Source of the DNA: Owenia fusiformis
Lineage: Eukaryota
DNA: 64,000 nucleotides
Assembly: GCA_903813345.2 (NCBI GenBank)
Contig: CAIIXF020000001.1
Location: 22,258,001-22,322,000, forward strand
Reading direction: 5' to 3'
Position 1 is the stretch's first letter; each line of letters opens with the position of its first letter. The notes under the pieces were generated by a model. It was given only the letters and a program-made list of their open reading frames with translations. It ran no database searches and was not told the origin of the DNA. Below are positions 1 to 12,900 of this stretch, one piece after another. Position numbers and translations under genes: made by a program.

Positions 1-481
1 GATATACAACAAAGTCTACTTTCTCCGAGTTATTTTTCAAATCTCGTATGGCCATTGTAGCATCCTCAATCCAGTCATAGATATCCTCATCTTTGTTTCC
101 CATGAATTTATTCAATTTCGGTTTCTTCGATATATACTGCGTATTCTTTGAACTAGTTTCTGATGTACTACTAGCGCTTTGAGTGTCAGCTAAAGTTTTT
201 CTATCTGGTATTTCTTCATCCAAGTACTTCTTTTTGAGGATCGCCAACTCTTTTTCCATATTTATCATTCTGAGAAGTTCTCTTCTTTTTACTCTCTCTT
301 CTTTATCGAGGGTTTCTGCCATTTCATCTATCGCTCGTTCAGCTTCAGATTTATGATCCTTTGTAGTTGTTTTTTTCTTTGTCGGGTCCTCTTGGCGCAA
401 TGTTTCAGCCATTTCATCTATTATACGTTCTGCTTCAGCTTTAATATCGCTTGGTTTTACTCCATCTTGTGCTTCAGCCAT
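1..481 (-). CDS. gag: N-terminal part of a Ty3/Gypsy-type Gag running off the window start
   Basis: Hand translation from ATG 481 is open to base 1: MAEAQDG...SKKPKLNKFMGNKDEDIYDWIEDATMAIRDL...KVDFVVY. The K-F-x-G...DW motif resembles the start of Gypsy/PNMA-like capsid. LTR and PBS not located. Confidence 0.7.
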   Translation of the reverse strand, partial: MAEAQDGVKPSDIKAEAERIIDEMAETLRQEDPTKKKTTTKDHKSEAERAIDEMAETLDKEERVKRRELLRMINMEKELAILKKKYLDEEIPDRKTLADTQSASSTSETSSKNTQYISKKPKLNKFMGNKDEDIYDWIEDATMAIRDLKNNSEKVDFVVY

Positions 482-1034
482 TTTGAAATACTAACGTAAA
501 ATAGTCACTTAAAATAGTCGCGTAAAATATTCACTCTGATTCCGCACGCGCCGAAAATAATATCCGAATGTTTAAAAGACAAAGTAAAAAAAACATTCAA
601 ATTTTTAAAAGACAAAGTAGTGGAAAATATTTACAAAGTTCTTCTAGTGAAGGCTACACATGTAGTAATTAATATAAAGTACCAAGTATTACTGACATAT
701 ACTGGTTATCAGATGGTCACCTCGTATTAAATGTAAAATAGATGTCTCTATATAGATGACATGTACGCAATACGTTCACTACCCTTGTATCATATGTAAA
801 ATATTGTATTCAGCAACTCTGCAGTTATCAATATGTATATTCATTTAATAACCTATCTGAAGTGTTTTGTATATATACTTTGGGTTTATATCCCTACAAT
901 TACTAATTGTTGTGGTTGCTCTGTATATAAACAGTCCTTCATGTAATGATAAAGGTGTACACCAACTGTTCACTGTCCCTGTTTTAGTACAGGTAAGTCA
1001 CATCAACTCAAAATGTTATTTGCTATGCAAGTGT

Positions 1035-1325
1035 CTCTATAGATGGAGTTCCAGGTAAATGATAATGCTTAATGTTCATAAAGATGGCGCACTAGGTATA
1101 GTATCACTCAAAGTTCAAGAAAGCGCTCAATTATGTGATAGCTTAATGTTCATAAAGATGGCGCTCTATTATAGTGATAATTCAATGTTCATATAGATGG
1201 CGCTCTATTAAAGTGATAATTCAATGTTCATATAGATGGCGCTCTATTATAATGATAATTCAATGTTCATATAGATGGCGCTCTATTATACTGCTTAATG
1301 TTTCCTATAGATGGCGCTCTGTTAT
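1035..1325. repeat. 39-bp minisatellite, about 7 degenerate copies
   Basis: TTCAATGTTCATATAGATGGCGCTCTATTA unit starts at 1181, 1220 and 1259, with degenerate copies either side. Confidence 0.85.
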
Positions 1326-1724
1326 CATACATGTAACTCTCATACCTTTTCGGGAACTCATCTAGGTAATCAGGCGGCAACTGGTCCACTGGAACTGGTC
1401 ACTCTTGCTAACTAAGCATGAAGTACTAGTTGACTAAACTACTAACTACCTTATCATGGGCTTAGGGCTACTAGTGGAGTAAGTCATGAGATAAAATTCA
1501 TGGATTCCTTAAATTTATTTCCAATGGACATCCATGGTAAAATTTACAAAGGGAAATAATTGTAAAGAACACCCGTTGTAAAATTTGCAAAGGGAAGTAC
1601 CCGCAGTACCATTTGTGAGGGACGTTTTGTCCAAAATAAATAAACAAGAGAAATTTATAAAATATTTTATATTATATCATGTATTATATCAGTCAACTTC
1701 CTTATTGATCATGTATATGTTGCA

Positions 1725-1897
1725 CAACTACCTTAACACAACTGCTGTTGTTGTACAACTACCTTAAAAGACAAATCACAAAAGAGTGACAACTACCTTA
1801 ATCCATGAAAGTGTAGAAATACCTTAATCCATGAAAGTGTGGAACTACCTTAATTCATAAAATGTAAAACATTACAAAAGAGTGACAACTACCTTAA
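1725..1897. repeat. Short degenerate tandem repeat with AACTACCTTAA core
   Basis: About six copies of the core at roughly 30-45 bp spacing. Confidence 0.65.
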
Positions 1898-3955
1898 TAT
1901 ATAAATTAGCCTACAAAAGAGTGACCAGTCTGCCAGTGCAGAACTGTAGGTGGAATGCCTAAAAATATAAAATTCACACCATAAGTTGATATGTAGCAAT
2001 AAAGTAAAATGTCATTAAAATGCAGATTAATGTTTAATGTTTTAATTGATAAAACCATATTTGTGATGGGGATTAAGTAATATATGAATGAATCTTTATT
2101 TCCCCACACAATGCCTGAAGCATTATATAAACATCAAAACACATGAAGCATGACTTGTTCAATATGGTCAATAGGGTCAAGTTGACCTTACAAAATGTCG
2201 TATTGACCTTACACATACTACAAATATAAATCAAATAACAAGAGTGGAATTTTACCTGACAATAAAGCTACTTGGGCTGTGAGTGTGGGCATATGGTAAA
2301 GTAAGTCAGCTAGGGAACTAACCTAAAAATGTACATTTGAACCTAAGTGAAAATGTAAACAAAGGAATGAAATCCAATATGGCTGATGTTGAAATTTGCA
2401 AAATATCTTGAGTCTTTCCTTAAACTCCTAATAAGTTCAAAATTACAAACGGTATATAAAAAATACCTATTTCAACATAGAGATTATATATTAATCTTTA
2501 AAACTAACTATATGAATAATATACTGAGACAATATAACTTGTTTAGAAATTGGTCAAAGTATGGAAAAATATTTACCACATCCAGAAGATTCAAAAGCAG
2601 GCCCAACACTAAAGTATATGATCATGTGACCTAGATCATGTGATACAGTAGTTACTAAACCTTTTTAAAGGTGGCATATCAGTACAGTCTCAGTATGTGC
2701 TGTGTTGAGAAGTAGTATACATTGGGTAGGAATAATCAGTTGTACCAACAATATTTAAAAGTATATTTATAAAAGTGCATGTCACATTAATATGCATCAT
2801 GTTACCCAAATATCCACGAAAATACATGTATTGTCCTTACATGAAACATTTGAGTTGATCACTGAGGTAAATTGTATTGAAAAAGTTTGTGTTCACAGAG
2901 ACATATAATCCAATTTTCTTATAGCCAGACTGATATGAGACTTATTGTATATGTTTGCAATTAAAGTATCTCATATATATTAGGTCGCAATTTGAGTGTT
3001 CTTAAATGGTCAATGGAGCTCATAAAAGTTCGAGGTCAATATGGTCTAAAATACATATATCTAAAATGCAATGTTATTAATATTTCATTCTTTTGGCATT
3101 CCTGAATTCCTAAGAACACTGTGAAGAAGATGTATATGGTGGTCATGCTCAACTAAGGTCATGTCTATATTGATGTCATAGTAGGTCAATGTTATATGTA
3201 AATGTCAAGGTCATCTTAAAGGTCACAATTTAGCTATCAAAAGTCCTAGTATAAGTATTTCACTATTCTAAGAAGGTTCATGCAGGTTTAGCTACAGTAG
3301 GTCATTTCATAATGAAAGGTTGAGGTCACCTGGTAGATCCATAGGCCCTGAGGGAAAGGTATTGGCAAGCTGAATCTAAAATTTACTGTAGATACAGTAT
3401 TTGCATTTGTGGGCAAAGTTAAAAGTGTGTCACTTACGGCGGTTGGCAGTAACCAATCAAATCACTTGCCTCCACATTTAGAATGGGCGTGTCCTTCAGC
3501 AGCTAGAGATGTTAAAGTATTCATTTTTGTTATTAAAGTGTTCCGATAAGCTTCCCGTATAAAAAAAACAATATGTTATCCCTTTTATAAATGTGTTACG
3601 ATCAATAATATACTTATTATATGCTACAGTTAGAGGTGTTGACACAACGACCTCGAGCCTGTGAACCCTTGAGTATAATTTCGGGATCGGGCCTTTTATA
3701 CTAAATGGTGAGCAACATCAGAAACAGCGTTCGATTTGCTAAACGATATGCGTCACCCTTTAAGATCTAAAATTGTGGTACAAGTACTGTATATAAAGCA
3801 TTAACTCATGACAACTAGATATTTTTAGACTTATTCTGACCCGGGATTCGGACAGAGAGTTAATATATGTATTCATATCTTTCAAATTACATTTTAAAAT
3901 GATTATGCTTTCGCTATCTAGTTATTTTTTCACCACGTAAATCTGTATATTGTAT

Positions 3956-6900
3956 CTAACCAGTAAACAATATTGTTACTGTTGAAGTGAATGATGACGC
4001 GTGTGTATCTACACCCATCAGTGTCCCACGCCCATATTTGTTGGAAAATACTTCCATTCCAAAGTGGGAAAACCCATTCCCAGCGTAATATGGCCACAAT
4101 GCTCGTCCTTCTATGATATCCGGCTCTTCCACGAAGCCACATTCACTGTTAGGTATGAAGTAATTGATTAGATAAAGGCCTTCATCTTTTTGAATTGTTC
4201 CATTCCATTTTCCTACAATGATCATGATGAGCAATGAGATTTATTAATATTTTAGAGAAAAGATCATTGCTATAATATGCAAATAAGGTATTGGTTGTAT
4301 TTTTATATGCCCAGAAATGCCAGTTTGTTATTTAAATTGCTCAATTTATGTGGGGAGGCTCATGGGTTCCAACATTGTAGGTCCCACTCGGCTCCCTGTC
4401 CCCGCCACTGTTGATGATGGCCTTACCTTTTAATGTGATGGGTCTTTTGGCTTTTGCCATAAATCCAATTTCTCTAAGATAGGTGTTCTTGTAATATTTC
4501 ACACGACGGTATGGCATTGTTTCCGTCAATGCTCTAAGTTTAAATTTAAAGGTAAACGCGAAGCACGTATAATCTCCCAAATCTACAGGTTGACCTTGGT
4601 ACAACTGCTCATCTGTCAAACTGTTCAAATCAATTCCAAACTCTTTGAGGTACTTGACAAAGTCTCTTCCTAAAATTAAGAAAGTCATGCAAGAATAAAA
4701 AATGACTGTATTGGAGTGGGTATTGGTGTCGTACCTAGGCCAGAGAATCAGGGAGACTAGGCAATGACAAGTATTGAGGCATGGAACTTATAGGCTTCTC
4801 TTTTAGGATTTCATGATTAACAGTATTGTGACATTCTGTGGTATTCTCCCGAGGCACTGCTTGATAAAAGTATGCAAAGAGAATAGAAGTTCTCATTTAA
4901 GGATCCCTGCCTAGTTAAAGACATATCAATGCACTGAGAACAACAAATATAGCTAATAGACTGCGGACTATTCTGTAGAAGTGCTCTAGAAATGAATCTC
5001 GCTTTTCATGGAAGGTCACACATTCCAACATATTTCAAACAATTTGTATGATTGTAATAGACACTTTCTGGGTAGTTGGACTTTATGTAGGGGTGGCAGA
5101 AGGCCCTCAGGCCAATTTATACCCCTACCCCAACAAAACCTTGGGGGTACTTTAATGCCACCCAATAAAAATAATACTAATGCATATCAGATATTCATCG
5201 TTTTATAGTGGGTAGGGCATGCCATGGTTAGTCAGTGCTAGAAATTTCCAATCTCTGACTTATATGGTTACCATGGAAACAGTATTTATATCTCACAATC
5301 TTCTCAATTTGACCCCGTCCCAAATTTGTCCTTAAGTTCTCAAAGTGAAATATTTGCAAATCTGTTTGGATTTTGTGGCTGCAACTTTGTCAAAAGTTGA
5401 ATTAATATGTATGTATTCACACTAAAGCACTAAAAACTTGATATAATGATCTCATAAATTAATAATATTTATCAAATGTAGTCACACACAACTGCTTTTA
5501 GGGAAAAGTGGGCGTGGCACTTTTTGGTACTTGTGTAATTGTTGCAGCATTAAATGAAAAATACTTATTACACTAACAACAATTGACATTTAATTAGCAT
5601 CTACTAACATTGTGTAACATTGTAGTATGTTCATTATCATTATTAGATACTTTAAATATTTTATATAAGTGTTATCATGATCCTTCCCTATCATAGGTCA
5701 TTAATGGTCAAATTAACTTTTAAGTCCTAGAGGTCCTTAGTCTTTTTAGCTTGTCAAAGTCGTATTAATTGACTTGAAGCTAGAATATAAATAGTTTCAT
5801 TGATCAAGAGCTATGAGTTAAAATTGATTAATACATTTGTCAGGGTTAGAGCCATTTTATGCAATTGAAAAGTAATGGACCGACACTGATCAGTACCAAG
5901 TGAAGGTAACGGCCGTAACCTTCGCATCTAAGATGGCGGACAGTAATTGTCGATTTTGATATTTTTAATTTTCATTGAATTAAACTACTTTAGAGTTGAT
6001 GTTATGCTTTGACATTTGCACCAAATCAGGCTTAAATGACATTGGAACCATAGATGTAGTAAACATGAATAAACGATATGTGAAATGTTATGCCCTGCCT
6101 TAATACATAACTAAGATTTTCTCGGATAAATGGTGTCTTACAATTGACTAACTGATTCTATTATCAACATCAGGTAATGCATGATCTATCCAATGGATTA
6201 ACGAAAATACTTGATTCCAATATGGCAAAATAAATTATTCCATGTATGAATTGCATAGTGCATCATTTTGCAGATATTACATAATGCATTCATTGACTCA
6301 TGGTCAACAAGGTACGGGTAAAACTCCTTTTAGTATTTCACAAAATAATGAAATATAAACAATTTACACATTTCTGAAATGCTGTACCTTTAGTGATTCC
6401 TTCGACCTGGAAAGTGGTTTGTTATGTTAAAACTTAAAATAATATCTAAACAAATCTGTTTAGTGTATAAAAACAATAAAAGTTAATGTTTAATATCAAA
6501 TATTATTAGACATATGAATATAACCTAAAATAAGAAATCTTGTTCTCGTATTCCATTTTAAAATTGGTTGAATGATTTTGGCACAGTAGAAATGATGGTC
6601 ATGATTAAATATTATATGTAATATGCCCTGATGCTGTAACATCAATGGTCCTTTATAAACAGGTATGACTGAAATACTGGACAAGATCTTATAAGGTTAC
6701 AGTTTCCATATAACGTATGTTCCATATTACTACCCCAAATCTCCATTGTGTAAGTTTATGAGTCATTATCCCTCATAGTTTATTATGGCAAATGCCTATC
6801 CTTGTCTAGAATATGTCATTTTATCAATTTTATAAACAAGTATACAATTACACGCCCCCCCCCCCCTCCCACACCAAAACTCCATTTTCTTTATCAAATC

Positions 6901-9900
6901 TTTCTACCTCTATCTGTTATGCTTCTCTGTCAGGCTTCCCCAATTTTCCATACTGTCAAGTAAACATCTAAATAGGATAGTTCTAGCTATTGCTGTTGTT
7001 TTGAAATGTTGACTTTTCTTGGGGAAATATTGTTTCAATTCTGACAGAAGTTTTAAGCCAATATCATTCAATTTATCAATATCCAAACGCAGGGTTTCAG
7101 AAAGTATGCATTTTGTTTGTGCCTGTTTTTTCATCATGTGTACTTATTAAGACAGCTATATTTAAACGTAAATACATTAAAACATGATACATATAATCTT
7201 TTGACAATTTCTTCAGTAAAGTGGCCATTTTGAGAAATGATATATAGCTTGTACCTTTGTTTGATGCTCAAGAAGATGTTCGACTGGATTTGCCTTTGTC
7301 TAATTCATATATATACCAAATACGAGAATCAGAATCTTATTCTACAAAACGGATGTTCATGGAAGTAGCACTAATTATTGCATCATTGCTATAAATCGTG
7401 TGATTTGATTGGCTAATTCAGAACCATGTGACTAAAAATACCAGCGTATTTCACAGCTCACTGAATTATTTCCATATTTAAAAGACGTATTGTCCAGCGT
7501 ATTGCCCGCCTGGGGATTCTGACAACTGCACTTTCAATGATTTTTGCAACATGTATTACTATCGCCCTACGGGCTGCGGGCAATACATATTGCAAAAATC
7601 ATTGAAAGATGAACAGGTATTGCCCTCCATAGAATGAAATATTTGCTTAACATTTCTACTGTTTCGGGCTTAATATCAATTTTGTTATAAACTGAACAAA
7701 GCGGCACCTTTAACATGCAGCTAATTCTCCCATCTAACCAAGAGAGCCTCTTTTAATATATCGAAATTTAAAATTGCCTCTGATTCAATTTGTTCAATCA
7801 AATCTAAAATGGTAATACCTTTTTACTGCTTCGAACTTCCTTATATTTTATACCATTGGGGTAGGATGTTTGTCTCTTTCAATTAATGCTTTCACCAGAA
7901 ACATGGATATCACTAATTTTGATTCATATTTAAAATGGTGTGCATGAATAGACCTGTGTATTTTATACCAAATAGAGACACTTCCCTCGAGAGTTCTAAA
8001 TCTCTATATGTTAACAGCCTAGTTCCCACATCCCTTGTTGACTTTGCTTCCATATTTCCTGTGAAGCCGTGGAACTGTTCTCTTGTTCTTCACAATTTTC
8101 CATTTTAATGTAACTCAATGAATAAGGCCAATTCATATCACTGGCTTCCCTAGGTCATTTGAATTCCTTGCAATTTTTAAATCAGCAATAAAGAATAATG
8201 GGTTAAATTATCAAATAATGAAAAAGTTGCAAATTATGAGATTTGTTATATAGCTTCGAAATCTTGCTGAAGTGTAGTTTAACTATAGGTTAACAGGCTA
8301 AATTCTCATTGAGATAATTTTAAAGAATCTTAAACATTGACTTATTGTTTCAGTGGTCCTATTAAAGTTCATGTGTACACAATCTGAACAACATCCAGTT
8401 TCAAACACTTCTGATTATCATCAAGTTTCAAACACAATCTGAACATCATCAAATTCAATGCAAATGCAGTTTTACTTTAATCATACAGAACGAATATGGT
8501 TAATCAATAGACTAAGTGACACATGTCAAGTCAATGGTAAATACTTGTATCTAGCCCAACTAGCACAAGTGCTGCCATCTACCGACTAGTATCAATCCAT
8601 CTATCCATATACATAGCACCTAATGAGGTCACAACTTCAAGTAAAGCTTTTTCCCTTGTCTATGGTAAAAATAAGTTAAACAGAAAAGTTAGTTTGACAC
8701 CATTGGTGATGCCCACCTTGTATGGTATAGGGATAAAAGGAAAGTTCATGATAACACTTACATAAAATAATTTAAGTATCTAATAATGATAATGAACATA
8801 TTACAATGTTACACAATGTTAGTAAATGATAATTAAATGTAAATTATTGTTAGTGTAATATGTATTTTTTGCTTAATGCTGCAACAATTACACAAGTTCC
8901 AAAAAGTGCCACGCCCACTTTTCCCTAAAAGTAGTTGTGTGTGACTATATTTGATAGATATTATTGATTTATTGGAGCATTATATCAACTTTTTAGTGCT
9001 TTAGTGTGAATATATACATATTTATACAACTTTTGACAAAGTTGCAGCCACAAAATCCAAACAAAGGACGATTCTCGGTTTGGAGAACAGTCTCCTGGGC
9101 TAATAATTTTTTTCATGAAAAATATAGAAATATTGCCCAAATTAAACTATGAATATTCAAAAGAGGACATTTAAATCTACAAGATGTAAAAATAACAAAT
9201 TGGTCTGAAGCAGGGATAATGCTCAATTAGACCGATTCAATAAAATACGAGTCTCGATTTGGGGAAAGAAGTTCATCAGTGTACTGCGCTAATATTTTTT
9301 TGCGAAAAATCTAGAAATATTACCCAAATTAAATTATGACTATTCAAAAGAAGACATTCAAATCTATATTATGTAAAAAAGTCAATTTTGTCCGAAGCAG
9401 GGATAATGGTCATTTAGATTGATGATCTTCATTCTCCAAACCGAGAATCGTCCTTTGCAAATATTTCACTTTGAGGGCTAAGGGACATATTTTGGAGGAG
9501 GTCAAATTGAGAAGATTTTGAGATATAAATACTGTTTCCATGGTAACCATATAAGTTAGAGATTGGACATTTCTGGCACTGACTAACCATGGTATGCTCT
9601 GCCTACTATAAAACTATGAATATATGACATGCATTAGTATTCTTTTTTTTGCAACATATTGACTTCTGTAATATATTCTTACAAAGTATATTTTAAACAT
9701 TCACTCCATTTCACAGACATCCTTCTTCATTCATTCCATATCTTATTATCATTTTCTTTACAGTATTTTAAATACATTTCGAATTTTCTGTACACTGGTA
9801 GTTCTCGTAGCAATTTTTGATTATACAAGAAGTATTTTGCAATAATTATAATCATATTTTCGTATTTGCTCCATTTTTTAGAGCCAAAGAGCACATTGTT

Positions 9901-12900
9901 TAAATCAAAATATTTGAGTTTTTTCAAAATGTGTTGCTTAACACTGTTCCAAAACTGATTTGTATATTCACAAAGATAAAATAAGTGATCAATCGTTTCA
10001 AATGCAGTATGACAGAATTCGCACATCGGCGATTGTATTACATTATATTTAAATAGATCATTGTTTGTATATAAAATGCAATTTATAAGTTTAAATTGAA
10101 AAGCCCTGTGTTTAGAATACGTTAAAATGTAATGATAATACGTATAATAAAAATTCCAGTCTTCTTCGTTTAATTCATATTTTATACTAAGCTTTCCTTT
10201 TGCTGTTGGTTGTTCAGCAATGTGTGACAATAAAATAGAATACAATAACTTTGATGTACATTTGTTAAACTGAAATATTTTTTTTCCATGTACAATATCA
10301 AAATTACAGTGTTTTACATCTAAATTGACATTATTTTCAAATACATTATTTCTTATAAGCCAAGTTCTTGGGATGGCTTTTAAAATTCCAAACCATTTCA
10401 GCATGTATACATCAGATAGACCTGTTTGTACCTTAATCTGGTGCCATGTTTTAATTGATCCATCTATAAATAAATCTTTAATTTTTATTATGCCTCTATT
10501 GAAAAATTCTTTCCAGAAGAGTGATTTATTTTGTATCGTGATTTTTTTGTTATTCCATATTATTTCCTCTGGTATATCGGTTTGTGAACGGGGCAATTCC
10601 ATAAATGTTTGAAGCATGTGTATATAATACTTTGGCATAACAATATTCAATTTAGTTATATCATACTTGCAATTCAACACAAATAAGCCACCTTTTTGAC
10701 GAAGGTAATAATTTGGAATGACAGTCCATGGAGAATTCTTGTCTGTATCTTTAATTAATTTCTGAACCCACTTTAGTTGGGCACTTTTAATTTTTGTTTT
10801 TAAATCACTCATTCTCAAGCCCCCTTCTTTGAAGTCGGAAATTAATGATTTCCTCTTAATTTTATCCCTGCCATTCCATAAAAATTTAAACACAATATCA
10901 TTGATTTCTTTAAGGTATCTATCTGGTGTATCTATGACCGAACAAATAAAATTGAATTTTGATAACCCAAATGTTTTCACAATTTGTATTTTCCCTATTA
11001 TTGTTAGTTGTCTAGTTTTCCACAGGTTAAGAGTTTGTTTTAAGTGATTTATCACGACTCTAAAATTTTGCTCATTTTTCTTGGTTTCATCATGGTTAAA
11101 GAAAACACCCAAAACTTTTATTTCTTTAACTTGTTTAAGTGCACCAATTTTCCAAATTTCATTTTTTGATTTGCCAATAGTGAAGAGTTCAGTTTTTTCT
11201 ATATTTGTTTTCAACCCACTACAATTTTCAAAGTCTTTTAGCACTCTCATAGCTTGGTGTACAGATTCTTTATCCCTTACAAAAAGTGTCATGTCATCTG
11301 CGTAAATACTAAGTTTTATCTCCTTATCTTCCCCAATTTTAATCCCTTTGATTAAATGGTCATCTCTAATTGCTTGTGCCAGAAACTCTACTGAGAGAAT
11401 AAACAGTATGGGGGACAAAGGATCTCCTTGCTTAATACCCCTTTCAATATTAAATTGTTCTCCACTAAATCCTAAATTCATAACTTTGGCATGTATGTTA
11501 GTATAAAGTATTTTAATCCAAGATTTGATATAGTCACCAAAATTAAATGTTTCTAATGCTTGGAAGAGGAAATCATGGTTTAATGAGTCAAATGCTTTGA
11601 GGAAATCAATTGCGATTAGAGCGCCATCTGTGTTTCTATCATTTGTATAAAATATCGAATCTTCAATGAGTCTTGCTATTTCAGCCATATGTCTATCTTT
11701 CACAAAAGCAGCTTGATCTGATTGTATCAATTTATCCAAAAAAGCTTCAATTCTTTTATAAATTACTTTAGCTATTATTTTTGCATCGACATTAATAAGG
11801 GAAATAGGTCTTTGGTTTTTCAAAAATAGAGCATCTCTACCTTTTTTTGGAATAAGTTTCATTAATATTTCTCTTTGAGATGCTGACATTTCTTTTTTAG
11901 TGAAAGTAAAATTCATTGCCTCGATAAAAAAACTCTTTATATTATTCCAAAAGAAAATATAAAATTCTATTGTCAGTCCATCGCTTCCCGGGGACTTATT
12001 TAATTGAAACGTTTGCATTGTCTTGAAGCATTCTTCGATTGTTATTAGTATTCTTTTTATCAGGTGGTATTAAAGTACCCCCAAGGTTTTCTTAGGGTGG
12101 GGGTATGAATTGGCCTGAGGGCCGTCTGCCACCCCTACATGAAGTCCAACTACCCAGAAAGTGCCTAGCATAATCATACAGACTGTTTGAAATATGTTGG
12201 AATGTGTGACCTTCCACGAAAAGTGGAAGTTGCAATTATCAGAGTAGTCCACAGTCTATAAGAGTATAAGACCAATATAATTCAGTTTTTAAGCTGCTAA
12301 TTACAATAAATCTTAAGATCAATAAACAAATGTTATGCTCAAAAACTCAATGTTTAATGTCTTTGAATTGTCACTAATTGTCTTTTATAAAGCACAAGTT
12401 CAAAATATATATAACAGAAATGTCTTTAATTCTATCTGTAAGCCTGCATTGAGACTACTTGAGTACGTCTGTTGGTCCAACTACCCCAAGGCCTTGAATT
12501 GTTATTGTGTCAGCTGGTACTGGCACTGTCTAGGGTAGGAATGCTCTGTATTTGCTTTTCTGAATTCTTATTGAAATTGACTGTTTTTACATAATTAAAC
12601 ATAGGTTTAGGGTAGAAAGACCCTTAGTTCAGTCAGTGTTGATCAAGACCAGATGTTCTATAGATGTTCCATCAACCCCATGGTCTACAGAAGTGCCTGT
12701 TTTTATAGTAATATGCAATAAAGATAGCCTATGAAGCAGTGTTGTCATTAACAGCCGGTCCACTGGTCATTATCTGGTTACTTTTGATACGGACCAGTTG
12801 ATTTTTTCACTAGGTATAGGAAAATAACATTGCAACTGGTCCGTAATATCATTTTGACCAGCAGGTTTCAGCCCCTTAGTGTCTACACTGCTATGAAGAC

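Larger units (their letters stand above)
4957..12258. mobile_element. Degenerate Academ-like DNA transposon with ~0.7 kb TIRs; right TIR interrupted by two younger insertions
   Basis: 4957-~5650 is the inverted copy of ~8760-12258 once insertions are removed. Termini TAGACTG...CAGTCTA, with 3-bp TSD TAA (4954-56, 12259-61). TAG ends with a 3-4 bp TSD fit Academ. Confidence 0.7.
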
